In this document: positions 9,256 to 19,294 of the stretch, in pieces
Numbering within the stretch: the first letter of the stretch is position 1
Layout: every line of letters begins with the position of its first letter
Source: Saprolegnia diclina VS20
Lineage: Eukaryota
DNA: 31,940 nucleotides
Direction: 5' to 3'
Assembly (NCBI RefSeq): GCF_000281045.1
Contig: NW_008246085.1
Span: forward strand, 569,225 to 601,164
Position numbers and translations under genes: made by a program
The notes under the pieces: generated by a model
The model's database searches: none
What the model saw: only the letters and a program-made list of their open reading frames with translations
What the model was told of the DNA's origin: nothing

Positions 9256-12200
9256 CTATCGCCGTCCTAGCTGCAACCGGCGCTCCAACTCGTCGGCTTT
9301 GGCTTCCAGCGCTGCATTCTTGTCGGTCCACTGGACCATCTAGACATGGGCGTGAGCTTCCATGGGCCATTCAGAAACCTACAGCGGCAACGTAGCGCGC
9401 TTTCTCTTCTTGGAGCTCGTTTCGGGCGCGGTCGGTCCGAACCGCCTTGAGCTCGTCTTGCAGGTCCCGGATCCGCGCTTCGTACGTAGCCTTCATCGCT
9501 TGCATCTCCCGTGTTAGCGCCATGGCGTACGTGTCCGTATCGGGCACAGCCGTCTGCAGCTGCTGGACGACCGGCGCAGTTCTCTGCCCCGCCGCGATCG
9601 CATCTGAGAACGGGGTCGTCGGTCGCCGCGGCTTGACGCCTGCAAGCTCCTCGAGGCGGTCCTTCATGTGCCGAAGCTGCCAGTCGACGGCCGCGCACGC
9701 GTCAACCACGCCTGCCCACTTGGTCGCGTCTTCCGCGCGCACGCCCAGGGCCAAGCGCTCGGTCATGGCTGCGACCACTTGCTTCAAAAGCTGCTTGTCC
9801 TCCATGATGCGCTGCGTCTCGACATCGAGGTCGCGCTGCTGCTGGTCGTGTGCTCGCTTCTCCTGCGTCAGCAAGTGCTCCCTACGTATACATGCGCTTG
9901 TATCCGGAAAGCGTATGGTGTGACGTACAGGCCCGAGAGCTCGGACCGCAGTCGGTGGGCCGTCGTGCGGGCTTCGTGCAGCGCCGTGGTGAGCGTGTCG
10001 ATTTGGTTCCGAAGGGTCACGACCGTCGCTCCTGCACCGTCGCGCTCTTTGGAGACGCGCACGAGGTGGTCCAGCGCCTCGTCTCGCTCGCGCATCGCGC
10101 CGTCCATCTCGCGCTTGTGGAAGCTGGTGATTTCAGCGCTCGCCTGCGCAACCTGCAGTGCTTTCGCCGCGTCCTCGTACTTGGTGCGCCACTGCGCGGC
10201 CGTCGCGTCCGCCTCGGCGAGCCGCTGCTTCCACACCGCGTGCGCCTTGTCGTCGACGTGGCTGCGCAGCAACGTGACTTCCTGCGTCAATTGCGCAATG
10301 TTGCGTGCTGCGCGCGCCTCCCGCTCCTCAAACGCGAGCTGGTCGGCGTCGCGCTGCCGCTTGCGCTCGGCCAAGCACAAGTTGGCTGTCTCGAGCTCGT
10401 CCGACACCGCTTTTGCATTCGCCAACGCGTGGGCGTGCAGCTCCTTCTCGTGGGCGAGCGCGAGGTCGCCTTGGTCTTGCGCGGCCTGGCACGCGGCCAT
10501 GGCTTGAGCGAGAGCGGCCTCTAAGGCTGCGACTTTGGCCAAGTAGACGCCTTCGACTTCGTGGTGCACGTGGGCCCTCACGGTGCTCTCGGACGTCGAC
10601 ACTTGCAGCGCCACGAGCTCGCGCCGCATCGCCTCAAGCTGATGTTGGAGCGCGTTGGCTTCGTGAGCCTGGCGCTCGTGCTTTTGCCGCCACGTGGCCA
10701 GCGCCTCGTCGTGGACCAGAGCTGCTTGCTTGGCCGCGGCTGCGAGCTGGGCTTCCATCTCGCGGTGCCGCACGGCCATCGCATCAATGTTCTTGGCGTG
10801 CGCTGCCTCCAGCGTACGCAGCTCTCGGGCGTGAAGGGCCTGGATGGCCGAGCACTCGGCCGACCACTCGGCGCGCACGTCGTCGAGGCGGGTCGCTTGG
10901 GCTTTTTGGAGGTTGGACGTTGCTTGGGCGACGGCGGCCGCGCGTTGTGTGGCAGCAGTAGCCGCGTTGGCTTCGATCTGCGCGGTGAGCGTCCGCGCCG
11001 CCTTCTTCGCTTGCGCCAGCTCGGCTTTGAGCGACGAAAGTTGCGCTTGGCTAGCTGTGCGAGTAGTCTCTTCCTCGCCCATTGCGCACTCCAGCTTTCT
11101 CCGCAGCTCCGCTTGTGTCTGCTCGAGGGCGTGGAGAGATGTCTCTGCACGGCTTGCTCGTTCGTTGGCCGCCACAAGCTAAGAATGCACAGATGCGTCC
11201 CTCTACCTATGGGCGAGAGTGGCACCTGGTCGTTCAGCCGCGCGACGACGTCGGCGTGCGCTGTTTTCAACGCGTCGAGGTCCTTGCGCAAGGTGGTCTT
11301 GTCCGCTTGGAGCGCTTCGTGGGCCGCCACGAGACTATCGTAGGCGGATTGAAGGGCGTCGAGCTTGGCCGCCTCGTCGGCGCTGCGCTGGGCGCCACGC
11401 TTGAACGCCTCTTGCAAGACTGCCCAGCCAGCACCCGACGCATCCTTCTCCTTTGCGACCTATGAAATTGAGGAATTGAGAAATTGAGATTTGAGATTGA
11501 GGTGGCACCGTGGCAAGGGTGTCTTTGAAGAGCACGATTTCGTGCTCGAGGGTCGCAATGGTTGCGTCTTTGGCGCGCAACGTCGTCAGGAGCACGTGCT
11601 TCTCGGCGTCGTCTGCGAGGGCTTTTGTCTTGAGCGCCTAGCGCAGGCTAAACCCACGCAACTCTTGGGACCTGTTGGGGTACCTGGACCCGGCGCGCAA
11701 AAGCGAGGAAGCTCTCAAAGTAGAGGGTCGCTGGCGTCGACGCGCTCGGATGATGCGTCTCCACCGCTCCTCGGCCTTTGGCGTCAGCGTCGAGGAGCGA
11801 GCTGTTCATGACGAGGAGGAGGCCGTCCGAGAGCATCGTCTCCAGCGCGTGCTTTGTACTCTCGTCGAGGCCGTCGCACCGCGCGAGCTTGGCGGCCACG
11901 TCGTCGGGCACCGCGAGGTGGTCCCGGCGCTTCAAGAGCAGATGCGCATGCCCGCTCGAGAGCGCGTCCGGGTTACCGAGCAGCTGGTACACGCAGCGAA
12001 TGTCGGCTTGCAGCTGCTGCAGGTACGCGCTCAGGGTCTCGGTCCGTTGCGGGCGACTCTCGCTCTCAAGTCGCGGGATCGACGCGGCTGCTGTGCTCGG
12101 GCGGGGCTTGAGCCGCGCGACAGGCGCCGTCTCGTCCTCGTGGTTGTTGGAACGAAGGCTAGGCGTCAGAGAGACATCCGCAGGTCGCTGTCGCGGCTCT

Positions 12201-12444
12201 TGCATAGAGCGTCGCACGCTCGTGTGTGGCCTACACGCGCGTTGGCGGTGGCAGCGCAGCCAGAGAGGCCCTCGTACCGGGGCTTGGTCTTGCGGGCAGC
12301 ATCTTCGTCGCGGTCGTCCTTGGGTTTTCTACGGACGTAGCGTGAGCAAGGACGACGCAAGCCCGAAGCGTACGCCGACGCCGGGTACAAGAAGTCGACG
12401 GCAAAGGGCTGCGTCGTCCGGCGGGGTGGCCGCCCATACTCCAT
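9256..12444 (-). CDS. Large coiled-coil protein, about 7 introns, function unknown (possibly centrosome/cilium associated)
   Basis: ORFs 11648-12217, 11335-11595, 9868-11175 and 9371-9874 join in frame through short GT-AG introns, from MEYGRPPRR (ATG 12444) to ...ELERRLQLGRR* (stop 9256-9258). A/E/L/Q/R-rich heptad composition. Confidence 0.75.
11464..11501. repeat. Short decaying tandem repeat (GAAATTGA-like, about 5 units) inside an intron
   Basis: gaaattga-ggaattga-gaaattga-gatttga-gattga-g read directly from the sequence. Confidence 0.7.
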
Positions 12445-12487
12445 TCTTCCCGGTCGGCGAAACCGCGCAGTGAACGTTACGCAAGCG

Positions 12488-13083
12488 ATGACCGCCTCGT
12501 CCGAGATCGTAGGCCCGACTGCGATTCGACCGGCGTGCATTCAGTGGTGTAGCTCTCGTCGCTGCCCATGGAGGTCCTCCTCTTCTTCAACCGATGGTTC
12601 ACGCTGCTGTACGTGCTCTTGACCGGCGCCATCTTCATCTACAAAGGTAAAGCTCGAGACGAGGCAGCTGGCGACGACGTCGACCACAGGCATGTACCTC
12701 CCGTACCCGCCGACGGGCGCCTACACTTGGGAAGTTGTCTTCCTCTGCCTCTACTACATCATCGATCGCACTCGCATCTTCCAGGGTCCGCGGCTCTCGT
12801 GGACGACATTGATGGAGCTGCGTAGCGTCCAAGGGCAACAAGACGGAGCAAGTCTTCCCGCTCGTGACGGCCTGTCTCTTGACGCTGCCCTGCGTCATCT
12901 CGCTCGCGTATTACATCAGCCTGCAGACCTACGTGTACGCCTGCTCACTGCGCCATGTCTGAGCGCCGGCGTAGGCTGCAGCTCGACGTCATTCTGAACG
13001 CGATTGGCCTCGTCTTCCTCGGGCTCGAGTCCATCTTTGGCCCGATCACGACCCTCCGCCTCTTGCGCGCAAGTCGATTTTAA
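12488..13083 (+). CDS. TMEM216: Ciliary transition-zone membrane protein of the TMEM216/TMEM17/TMEM80 family (142 aa, 4 introns)
   Basis: Exons 12488-12508, 12553-12646, 12690-12785, 12826-12934 and 12975-13083 give LSSLPMEVLLFFNRWF...IFIYKGMYLPYP...ASKGNKTEQ...AYYISLQTYVLQLDVILN, matching TMEM216 motifs (LSS.PLE, FLYKG..LPYP, KGN, YY..LQTYVL). Confidence 0.85.
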
Positions 13084-13123
13084 CCGACTAAAGATACAAT
13101 ACAAAAGGATTCAAGTACATTAG

Positions 13124-16100
13124 TTACTGCAGAGCGCCGTGGATGACGACCTGCGACCCGCTGCGCGACGTGACGCGGCCCAAGCTCAGGACGGCCTCGG
13201 GGCTCAGCGCGGCCTTGACCTGCGCCTCGTGCTCGGGCGCCACGATCAGCACCATGCCAATGCCGCAGTTGAACGTCCGGGTCAGCTCCGCATCCGAGAT
13301 ATGGCCGGCCGACTGGAGCCACTTGAAGACGGGCGGAAGGCGCCAGCTCGACGCCGCCAGCTCCACCGCGAGGTCGTCCGAGAGCACGCGCGGAATGTTC
13401 TCAAGGAGACCGCCGCCCGTGATGTGGGCCAGCGCACGGATGTAGCCCTTCTGCAGCAACGGCGACAGCAGCGAGACGTAGATGCGCGTCGGCGTCAAGA
13501 GCGCGTCACCGAGCGTCTTGGCCGCGTCATACGGACACGGACTCGCGTAGTTGAGACCCGCGCGGTCGACGACCTTGCGCACGAGCGAGAAGCCGTTCGA
13601 GTGAACACCGGCGCTCGCAAGGCCGAGGACAACATCGCCGACCCGCGCCGGCAGCGGCAGGAGCGACTTCTTGTGGGCGGCGCCGACGCAAAAGCCCGCC
13701 ACGTCGTACTCGCCAGGCGCGTACATGGACGGCATCTCGGCCGTCTCGCCCCCAATGAGCCCGCACTTGGACTGGCGGCAGCCCTCGGCGATGCCCTTGA
13801 CGACTTCGGTCGCCGCATGCACATCGAGCGCGCCGGTGGCAAAGTAGTCGAGGAAGAGAAGCGGCTCAGCGCCCTGGACGAGGAGGTCGTTGACGCACAT
13901 GGCGACGAGGTCGATGCCGATCGTGTCGTGCTTGTTCATCGCGTGGGCGATCTTGAGCTTGGTGCCGACGCCGTCTGTGCACGCAACAAGGACCGTGTCG
14001 GCGCCGTAGCCCGCGGCTTGGAGGTCAAAGAGGCCGCCAAAGCCGCCGAGGTCGGCGTCGCACCCGGGCCGGACCGTCGACTTGCAGAGCGGCTTGATCG
14101 CTTGCACAAGCGCGTTGCCTGCGTCGATGCTGACGCCGGCGTCAGCGTACGTGAGGCGCGTCGGCGTACCGAGCGTGCCCATGTACATGGCGACCTGCTG
14201 GCGCTTGATCGCAAAGAAAAACGCGTCGCCTTCGAGCGGCTGCACACGCGCCTTGAGCGTCTCGGCCGTGTCGGTCGACAGCACCGGGCACTTGAGCTGG
14301 ACCGCGATCGGGCCGGCGTCGACCTCGGGCGTCACATAGTGGACCGTGCAGCCCGAGCTTGTCTTCTTTGCATCGAGCACGGCTTGGTGCACGGCGAGGT
14401 CCATGCCGCCGGCGAAATCGGGCAGCAGCGACGGGTGGACGTTCAAGACGCGGTTCGCCCAGCGCTCGCAGAACGACGCCGAGAGGATACGCATGTAGCC
14501 GATGCAGAGGACCAAGTCGACCTTTTTGCTATCAAGAAGCGACGTCACTTCGGCGTCGAACGCGTCGCGGGTCTTGCCCTTGCTGCCGACAGCGATGCCA
14601 GGAATCTTGTGAGTCTTTGCGCGCTCGAGGATGCCGGCCGCCGCCTTGTTGCTCACAATGATCTCGACCGACGCATTGAGGTCGCCGGCCGCGATCGCGT
14701 CCAAAATCGGTTGCAGTGACGAGCCGCGCGTCGACCCGAGCACGCCGAGCTTGATGGGCGGGCACGAGTGCAAGAGCCCTTTGTGGCCAATGTCGGACCG
14801 GAACTGGTGGCCCTCGAACGCAATCTTGGAGACGCCGACGTACGCCTGCGCGATCGCGTCCTTCATCGTCGGCGCAACCGCCGTCACAGTGAGCACGCGG
14901 CCGCCCGAGGTCACGAGCGCCCCGTCCTTGAGCGCCGTGCCGGCATGGAAGACGTTGGTGTTGGGGAGCGCGTTGGCTGCAGCGACGCCTGCGATGACCT
15001 TGCCCTTCGGGTAGCTGTCCGGGTAGCCCTGCGACGCCATGACGACGGTCGCTGCCGACGCGTCCTTCCAGAGCACCATGGCCGGGTCGAGCTTGCCGTG
15101 GCAACACGCGAGGAAGATCTCGACGAGATCGCTGTTCAGAAGCGGGAGCACGACTTCGGTCTCGGGGTCGCCAAAGCGCGCGTTGTACTCGACGATCTTC
15201 GGGCCCTTGGGCGTGAGCATGAAGCCCGTGAAGAGGCAGCCGACGAACGGGTTGCCCTCGGCGGCCATGGCCGCAATCGACTGTTCGACGATCGCAATGC
15301 ACTCGCGCTTGGCGGCGCCGTGGAAGCACGGCGCCGGCGCGTAGACACCCATGCCGCCCGTGTTGGGGCCCTGGTCGTTGTCAAAGATACGCTTGTGGTC
15401 CTGCGCGCCCGGCATCGTCACGACGGTATGGCCGTCGCTAAAGGCGAGGAGCGAGACCTCTTCGCCCGTCATAAACTCCTCGATGACGACCTCGTCGCCC
15501 GCCGACCCGAACGCGCGGTCGACCATGACCTCGCGCAGCGCGGCGTGCGTCTCTTCCTTCGTCGTCGGGATGAGCACGCCTTTGCCGGCGGCAATGCCCG
15601 ACGCCTTGATGACGACGCGGTAGTCGATGCTGTCGATATACGCCTTGGCCTCGTTGTACGAGGTAAAGTTGCGGAAGGTCGCGGTCGGAATGTTGTGGCG
15701 CGCCATAAAGTCCTTCGAGAACGCCTTGGAGCCCTCGAGCTGGGCCGCCTTCGCGCTCGGGCCGAACGTCGGGATGCCAGCTGCGTTGAACTTGTCGGCG
15801 AGGCCGTCGACGAGCGGCGCCTCGGGCCCGACGACGCACAGCGTCACGTTCTTTTCGCGGCAAAATACAATGAGCGCCTCGTGGTCTTCCTGCGCGATCG
15901 CGACCGACGAGATCTTGTCGCCGTTCGTACCGCCATTGCCCGGCGCGACGTACACGTGCTTGGCTTGCGGCGACTGCGCGAGTTTCCACGCGAGCGCGTG
16001 TTCGCGGCCACCGCTGCCGACGAGCAAGATCGAGTGCTGCTTGACTTCGGGCTGGAGGAGCTCGACCGCGCGGGCATCGACAGCGGAGAAGGCGCGGAAT

Positions 16101-16522
16101 GCCTTCTGGGCAAGCGCTTTGCGCTCGTTGAGCGAGTAGGCCAGCGCACCACCTTGCGAGACCTTGCTGGCCACGACAGCATAGTCGCTTGGCGACGTGA
16201 CAACGGCGATCGTCTCGTACGCCCAGGCCGCCGAGCGGACAAAGGCGTGGCAGCCAAGGCCCCACGCCTTGAGCGCGGCCTCGTCGTTCGTCTGCGGCAC
16301 GAACGCAAGCACAAGGCTGATGGGCGCGGCGAGAAGGTCCTGCGCCTCGTGCGGCGTCGCAATGTGCACATGCGGGATCTTGGCCTGCACGACTTGGGCG
16401 CGCCATGCCGAGGACGAAAGCACCGTGATGCGCATGCCGCCTTGCTGCAGCGTCTTGAGGAGCTCGAGGGCCTGCGCGGCCTCGGCGGCCGACGGCGCAC
16501 CACACGTCACGACTACGGCCAT
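13124..16522 (-). CDS. GART: Multifunctional de novo purine enzyme: degenerate PurH/MGS-like domain + GAR synthetase (PurD) + GAR transformylase (PurN) + AIR synthetase (PurM)
   Basis: PurD motifs [39 protein letters not shown] and [10 protein letters not shown]; PurN motifs LNVHPSLLP and [16 protein letters not shown]; PurM motifs [28 protein letters not shown] and HITGGGL. ATG 16522. Confidence 0.95.
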   Translation of the reverse strand: MAVVVTCGAPSAAEAAQALELLKTLQQGGMRITVLSSSAWRAQVVQAKIPHVHIATPHEAQDLLAAPISLVLAFVPQTNDEAALKAWGLGCHAFVRSAAWAYETIAVVTSPSDYAVVASKVSQGGALAYSLNERKALAQKAFRAFSAVDARAVELLQPEVKQHSILLVGSGGREHALAWKLAQSPQAKHVYVAPGNGGTNGDKISSVAIAQEDHEALIVFCREKNVTLCVVGPEAPLVDGLADKFNAAGIPTFGPSAKAAQLEGSKAFSKDFMARHNIPTATFRNFTSYNEAKAYIDSIDYRVVIKASGIAAGKGVLIPTTKEETHAALREVMVDRAFGSAGDEVVIEEFMTGEEVSLLAFSDGHTVVTMPGAQDHKRIFDNDQGPNTGGMGVYAPAPCFHGAAKRECIAIVEQSIAAMAAEGNPFVGCLFTGFMLTPKGPKIVEYNARFGDPETEVVLPLLNSDLVEIFLACCHGKLDPAMVLWKDASAATVVMASQGYPDSYPKGKVIAGVAAANALPNTNVFHAGTALKDGALVTSGGRVLTVTAVAPTMKDAIAQAYVGVSKIAFEGHQFRSDIGHKGLLHSCPPIKLGVLGSTRGSSLQPILDAIAAGDLNASVEIIVSNKAAAGILERAKTHKIPGIAVGSKGKTRDAFDAEVTSLLDSKKVDLVLCIGYMRILSASFCERWANRVLNVHPSLLPDFAGGMDLAVHQAVLDAKKTSSGCTVHYVTPEVDAGPIAVQLKCPVLSTDTAETLKARVQPLEGDAFFFAIKRQQVAMYMGTLGTPTRLTYADAGVSIDAGNALVQAIKPLCKSTVRPGCDADLGGFGGLFDLQAAGYGADTVLVACTDGVGTKLKIAHAMNKHDTIGIDLVAMCVNDLLVQGAEPLLFLDYFATGALDVHAATEVVKGIAEGCRQSKCGLIGGETAEMPSMYAPGEYDVAGFCVGAAHKKSLLPLPARVGDVVLGLASAGVHSNGFSLVRKVVDRAGLNYASPCPYDAAKTLGDALLTPTRIYVSLLSPLLQKGYIRALAHITGGGLLENIPRVLSDDLAVELAASSWRLPPVFKWLQSAGHISDAELTRTFNCGIGMVLIVAPEHEAQVKAALSPEAVLSLGRVTSRSGSQVVIHGALQ

Positions 16523-16967
16523 CTTGCTCAGCTCGGTATCTTTTGGGATCTGGGCCACGAACGCCGCATCCGGATGGCCACATCCTTGTTTGTGCAACAG
16601 CCTGAAAGTTTTTTATTCGACAATTCAATTCCCATACAAACCTTCCGTCATAAAATACACTACGTGGCACCGCGCGAGGCCGATTTCTGATGATTGTGTC
16701 AACAGCGACCGTCGCCAGCGATCTCGGGTCGTGACGCAGACGCCAGAGGATCGACGATGCGCACGCCTTCTCCTTCACGCCGTACGTACCGTACTCCGCA
16801 AAGGACTGTCACGGTGATGTCCCTGGTACGGAGCTTGCCGCCGTAGCGTGCGTGGGTTGCTCCCGCAGCCACTTTGTGCGGGTCCTCATGATGCTTAGCT
16901 ACGCAGAAGACCTTGCGGCTCGTCGATTCAAGGTGCATACGAACAGAAGGGTGGTGGTATTAGAGGT

Positions 16968-17894
16968 TTATGCTGTGCGAAGCATGGGCGGCGCGGGCGG
17001 CTCGTTCGACGCCGGCGCCTCCGGCATGAACGTCACGTGCAGGGTGAACGACTTGCCGAGCTTGTCCCAATTGGTGAAGAACTTGCCCTCCGACTTGTCG
17101 ACGTCGAGGTTGGGCACCTTGAACGCGATCGTCTCGTATGGCTCGCACGCAAAGAGGAGGTACTGGAAGTTCTTGTCCGCGACCTCGACACGCTGCTCAA
17201 AGGCCGACATGAAGCGGTGGCGCGGCTGGAGCCCGTCCATGACGTCCGGGTAAAAGATCTGGAAGAGGAGCATGCGCGCGCCTGTGTCCGGGTCCCGCTG
17301 CTTTGTCACTTTGTAGCCGGGCAGACCGATCTTGATGGTTCGGATGCGCTGGATCTCGGGCTTGGGCGGCGCTTGCACGTTGGCCGACGCTTCTGCAGCA
17401 TCCTTGGCCGCTCGGCGCGCCAAGTTGGTCTGATGGCGCTTGCCCTGTGTATGGGCAAGGTAGTTTCCTTCGTTGCTGTGCAGCGTCAAGCACAATTTAC
17501 ACTCGAACGTGCCCAAGTGGTTCTTCAGAATGTACGGGTCCTTCGAGAGATCGACCGTCTCGAGCGCAAGCTTTCGCAGCCGCTCACGCCGGTCAATGTT
17601 GGCCTGTTGCTCCGAGGCCACGCCGCCCGAGCCGGGCTTGGAGCCGACGCGGTTCTGGAAATCCATACCGCCCTTCAGTGCCATGGAGGCGGCGAGCGTC
17701 GAGCCGTGTGTGATGCAGTAGTCGTGGACAAAGTTGGTCTCGACGAGCAGCCGCGCGTTGAACGAGAGCTTAAAGAGCGCCGCGGGCACGCCCATGAGGC
17801 CGCTCACATGCGCCTTCACGGCCGCAATCGAGTCGGTTGCCTGCGCCACGACATGCAGTTCCTTCGGGCCAAGACCACGCACGAAGAGGTCCAT
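16968..17894 (-). CDS. SF3A2: Ubiquitin-like domain (76 aa, ends LKGG) fused to splicing factor 3A subunit 2 (SF3a66/Prp11)
   Basis: Residues 77 onward (MDFQNRVGSKPGSGGVAS...DRRERLRKLALETVD...ECKLCLTLHSNEGNYLAHTQGKRHQTNLARRAA...PRHRFMSAFEQRVE...EPYETIAFKVP) are canonical SF3A2. Residues 1-76 align without gaps to ubiquitin. Confidence 0.93.
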   Translation of the reverse strand: MDLFVRGLGPKELHVVAQATDSIAAVKAHVSGLMGVPAALFKLSFNARLLVETNFVHDYCITHGSTLAASMALKGGMDFQNRVGSKPGSGGVASEQQANIDRRERLRKLALETVDLSKDPYILKNHLGTFECKLCLTLHSNEGNYLAHTQGKRHQTNLARRAAKDAAEASANVQAPPKPEIQRIRTIKIGLPGYKVTKQRDPDTGARMLLFQIFYPDVMDGLQPRHRFMSAFEQRVEVADKNFQYLLFACEPYETIAFKVPNLDVDKSEGKFFTNWDKLGKSFTLHVTFMPEAPASNEPPAPPMLRTA

Positions 17895-18602
17895 CGGTCG
17901 CCGTCCAAAAATCGGTTCGTGTGGTGCTCCCGGCAGCAGCCACTCTATAAATCGATAATATTAGATATGGCATGTTCTTTCAATACTCTCCAAATACATA
18001 TAATCACCAACCTCTGGCAGTTAATAGAATGTGCTGGCGGCACCAGCGCGCAGAATGCTCTCTTCCATTGTCGAGCGCCACTGCAGGCGCATCGCAAAGG
18101 CGAGTGAATTCCGAGTCGTGGAGGAGACAAAGCCGACATCTTTACAATACCCAATCGATTCCACGAGCCAGATAAGCCAGCACGCCCCTTGCGCTGGCTT
18201 TGCACCGCCGGCGCTGCCAGGCTGAGCGCAAAAGGACTCGCAAATACCGCGTGCAGAGTGAACCAAGTAGCTCCGAGCGTCTCTGAATGAAAGCTCATCT
18301 CAACGAAGCACTCTACTGGTGGCCGTCTCGGCGGCAGCTCTCAGCGGTGCTTTGACGTGTCGGGCCCGGATTGGACAGCACCCGTCAGCGCTAATGTGTG
18401 GCCCACACTGGGGTACTCGACGAGGCAGACTGCAGTTCGAAGGCGCCTATGACTTCTGCTAGCTCCGCGTTCCCCGCATTCCCAAGGGTGTACCATTGGA
18501 CGCATCTTGCGAGCAATCTTCTGGACGACCACGCACAGAGCCACCAACTTCAACACGGTTATCCGGATGCGCCAGGTCAAATGCGCGGCGCGCATCCGGA
18601 TG

Positions 18603-18618
18603 GCACAATTTTGCATTT
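18603..18618 (+). promoter_or_regulatory. Oomycete-type initiator/FPR core-promoter motif
   Basis: gcacaattttgcattt fits the GCTCATTYBNNNWTTY consensus at 14/16 positions and lies about 20 nt upstream of ATG 18638. Confidence 0.4.
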
Positions 18619-18637
18619 GCGTCAACGACCAAGAGCG

Positions 18638-19266
18638 ATGGCTGCCGTGATTGCCGAAGCGCTGGCGATGATTCAGAGTCAGTCGCCGCTCCTGTCGGCC
18701 GACGGCCTCAGCAAGATGGGCCAGATTACCTTCAACCAGCGTACGCGCCGCGCGCGGCATGCACGTCATAACGTAACTTCGTAGCACTCCACAAGGTCGA
18801 GGCCGGCAAGCTCGGTGTGATCTCCGCCATTGTTGAGGCCTTGAAGCGCTCGATCGACAACGGATCGATGCAAGAAGACGGCTGCCGCGTCTTGCGCAAC
18901 ATCGCCTTTCAGTGTGGTACACGGCTTTCTTGCCATTCCATCTCGCGCCTGACGACTCTCCGCTAGAGTCCAATTTGAACCTTGTGCAGAGTCAGGGCGC
19001 GATCGCGGCCGTCGCCGAGGCTCTCAACCGCCACATGACCAACGACGCTGTTGTCGCCGAGGGTTTCTGGGCGCTCGTGGTCTTTTGCGCCAACCACCGT
19101 ACGTCCTGGAGCTGTCGAGGTCGCCGTTTGCTCATGACGCCCCGTAGACGGCAACACGCTCGTGGCCAAAGCGCTGGTGCCCAACGTCGCTACGATCGCC
19201 GCGCACCACACGTCCAACGCAGAGATTCAGAAGAAGGCCATGTTCCTTGGCATGCTCTTTGCATAA
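18638..19266 (+). CDS. Small armadillo-repeat protein (161 aa, 3 introns)
   Basis: Exons 18638-18740, 18785-18916, 18967-19098 and 19148-19266 give ...AGKLGVISAIVEALKRSIDNGSMQEDGCRVLRNIAF... and ...QSQGAIAAVAEALNRHMTNDAVVAEGFWALVVFCAN..., typical ARM repeats. Confidence 0.75.
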
Positions 19267-19294
19267 TTGAACATCATTTTAGTCGCTGATAGAG

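Noticed and set aside
13139..16690. Long plus-strand ORFs 13139-14719 (526 aa) and 14768-16690 (640 aa)
   Set aside because: Antisense shadows of the purine gene caused by strong GC3 codon bias; no recognisable motifs.
16699..16938. 79-aa minus-strand ORF between SF3A2 and the purine gene
   Set aside because: No motif or convincing splice model; more likely UTR or promoter sequence.
17945..18600. Short ORFs and a possible ncRNA in the SF3A2-ARM spacer
   Set aside because: No recognisable protein motif, tRNA cloverleaf or snRNA signature visible by eye; an Rfam/Infernal search would be needed.
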